The notes beneath the pieces were generated by a model. It was given only the letters and a program-made list of their open reading frames with translations, made no database searches and was not told where the DNA came from. DNA of 63,805 bases, counting the filler, from Choristocarpus tenellus KU-1152 (taxonomy: Eukaryota; Protista; Phaeophyceae), in assembly GCA_964200185.2 (NCBI GenBank). It is 10 parts of 10 records of this genome, joined end to end, with 100 filler letters (N's around TTAATTAATTAA, not from the genome) between each part and the next. Parts side by side here need not be neighbours in the genome. Positions count along the whole stretch, not along the records: positions 60,451 to 63,805 come from CAXNAD020020587.1; 9 more parts are not named here. The stretch is one strand, 5' to 3'. Position 1 is the first letter of the stretch. Every line of letters starts with the position of its first letter. A program made the position numbers and the translations under genes. Of the stretch, positions 62,295 to 63,805 are shown piece after piece.

Positions 62295-62535
62295 GTAGTT
62301 GGCTACAAGAAGAAATTTTGTGATGTCCACCTCCTATGAAATAGGTATTTTTCGGAACAGTATTGGTGAGGGCCTTCCTAAGGCAGGCCTGCTTACTACA
62401 GGAAGAAATATTGTGATGTCCACCTCCTAGGAAATGGGCAATTTTTGGAAGAGTATTGGTGAGGACCTTTTTAAGGCAGGCCTGTTGACTACAAGGAGAA
62501 AATTTGTGATGTCCACCTCCTAGGAAATTGGCAGT
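62295..62535. repeat. 93-bp tandem repeat, about 2.5 copies
   Basis: TGTGATGTCCACCTCCTA at about 62319, 62412 and 62505. Confidence 0.85.
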
Positions 62536-63805
62536 GTTTGGAGCAGTATGAACAATTGTGTTTATTGCCAAGAGTGTGTTGCGCGTGCTTCCATTTACAG
62601 CATCAATGATCTCTTGTGTAGATACAGCTTTATAAATAAAGCTGTTGATTCTAGAAAATAATTTGACGATTTGTTATTTTAGATGTAACTGACCGTTACA
62701 ACAGGAAAAAACAGTAGTATTTTTTATCTCTCTGAATTTTATGTTGTTTTGGTTTTGCAATTTTTGCAGCGTGCCCTTGCATTTTGGGGGCTCTAGAGAT
62801 CCAGAGAGGGTGGTGTTGTGAATACAAGATGACTTCATCGGTTCCCCTAAATTAATCGAGAAATTGCAATTGTTTGGTGCAAGGGACGTTGCGCAAAAAA
62901 GAAACGGCATCGATTCCAGAGCTGGCTCTAGAGCCAATATTACAGCAGTGGTGTACCTCACCTAAACCTCTACATCTCTGCACTTGGGTTTGGCATGTTA
63001 AAAATAATTGTAAGAAGAACTCTGTATTTTAAATATTTTTTATCAACTTCGAGGTTTTGGTCTGTTGGTCCACCATCAAATCGATTGGAGTTGGCAGTTT
63101 CATTTCGACTGGTAAAAAATATATTTAAAAAAATGACGGTAAGTGGGTGCTTGCATCAAGAGTCAAGAGCGGGGGGTCTCTTGTGGGGGTCAGGCTGCAA
63201 ACCAAGAGATCAAGAAAAAAAATTATCATTTTTTCTGACTAAGAAAAAAAACTAGAATTGGAGTTCACCGGATTGGAACAGTATTATCCGATGGTACATA
63301 TATATATACACACACCGATGAGCACGACATGAACCACCAGAATGATCTCTTGCATAGTGATACAGGTGTACTGCTGACTCTCAAGACAAGGTGTAAATGT
63401 TGTTGGTTCTCTTGCATCAAAGTTGCACCGAGGCCCCGCCGACAATCGAGCTAGACTCTAACCCTAGGCAATAGCTACTGCAATACGTACTTGAGTTGTG
63501 TTTTTTTTGTATCATTCTGTCTGCATGTTTTCCTGTTGGGGCGCAGGAGGAGGGCGCCAAGGAGAGGGCGGGGGCGGCATGGGGATCAAGGAGCAGCTGA
63601 CGGCGATGGGCGATGGTGGGTCGGGCTCGTTTGTTCGTATTGTGCTGGTTTGCTGTGGGGGAGGAAGGAGGGAGTGCTTTTCGTGATGGGTTCTGTGGGT
63701 TGTGGTGTTGTGTGCTGGGGGGATGTTGAATTGTGGAGGAGGAGGGGGGGGGGGGGAGACACACAGGGGGAGGAAGAGACATTTTTTTTTTTGGGGGGTA
63801 TGGGG

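Overview
Eukaryotic nuclear DNA, intron-rich and repeat-rich; gene content suggests a brown alga or close ochrophyte relative (inference). The window is ten contigs joined by nine artificial 100-bp spacers (44 N + TTAATTAATTAA + 44 N), so adjacency across gaps is unproven. The main result is a complete 12-exon, minus-strand gene (13478-25514, about 1157 aa) for a bacterial-type NAD+-dependent DNA ligase (LigA). All catalytic motifs and domains are intact, it looks alphaproteobacterial, and it has a long N-terminal extension resembling a targeting presequence, making it a candidate organellar ligase. The second is an 8-exon gene (45601-50641) that joins two N-terminal LIR/FIR-like motifs (SGGDDWTLV, DDDFQQI) to a C-terminal ATG11/FIP200 Claw domain, with no recognisable ATG11 N-terminal scaffold. 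Also present: an intronless secreted or signal-anchored protein, a GH128 beta-1,3-glucanase pseudogene, an RS/RD-rich gene, a coactosin-like ADF-H gene and a gene with three T-x-F-G-x-G barrel repeats. Repeats include two related Tourist/PIF-Harbinger-like MITE families (one nested in the other), LINE and Copia relics, and interstitial TTAGGG tracts flanked by duplications or hairpins that look like break-repair scars. No rRNA, tRNA or CRISPR array was recognised. All exon models were spliced by hand and have no transcript support.
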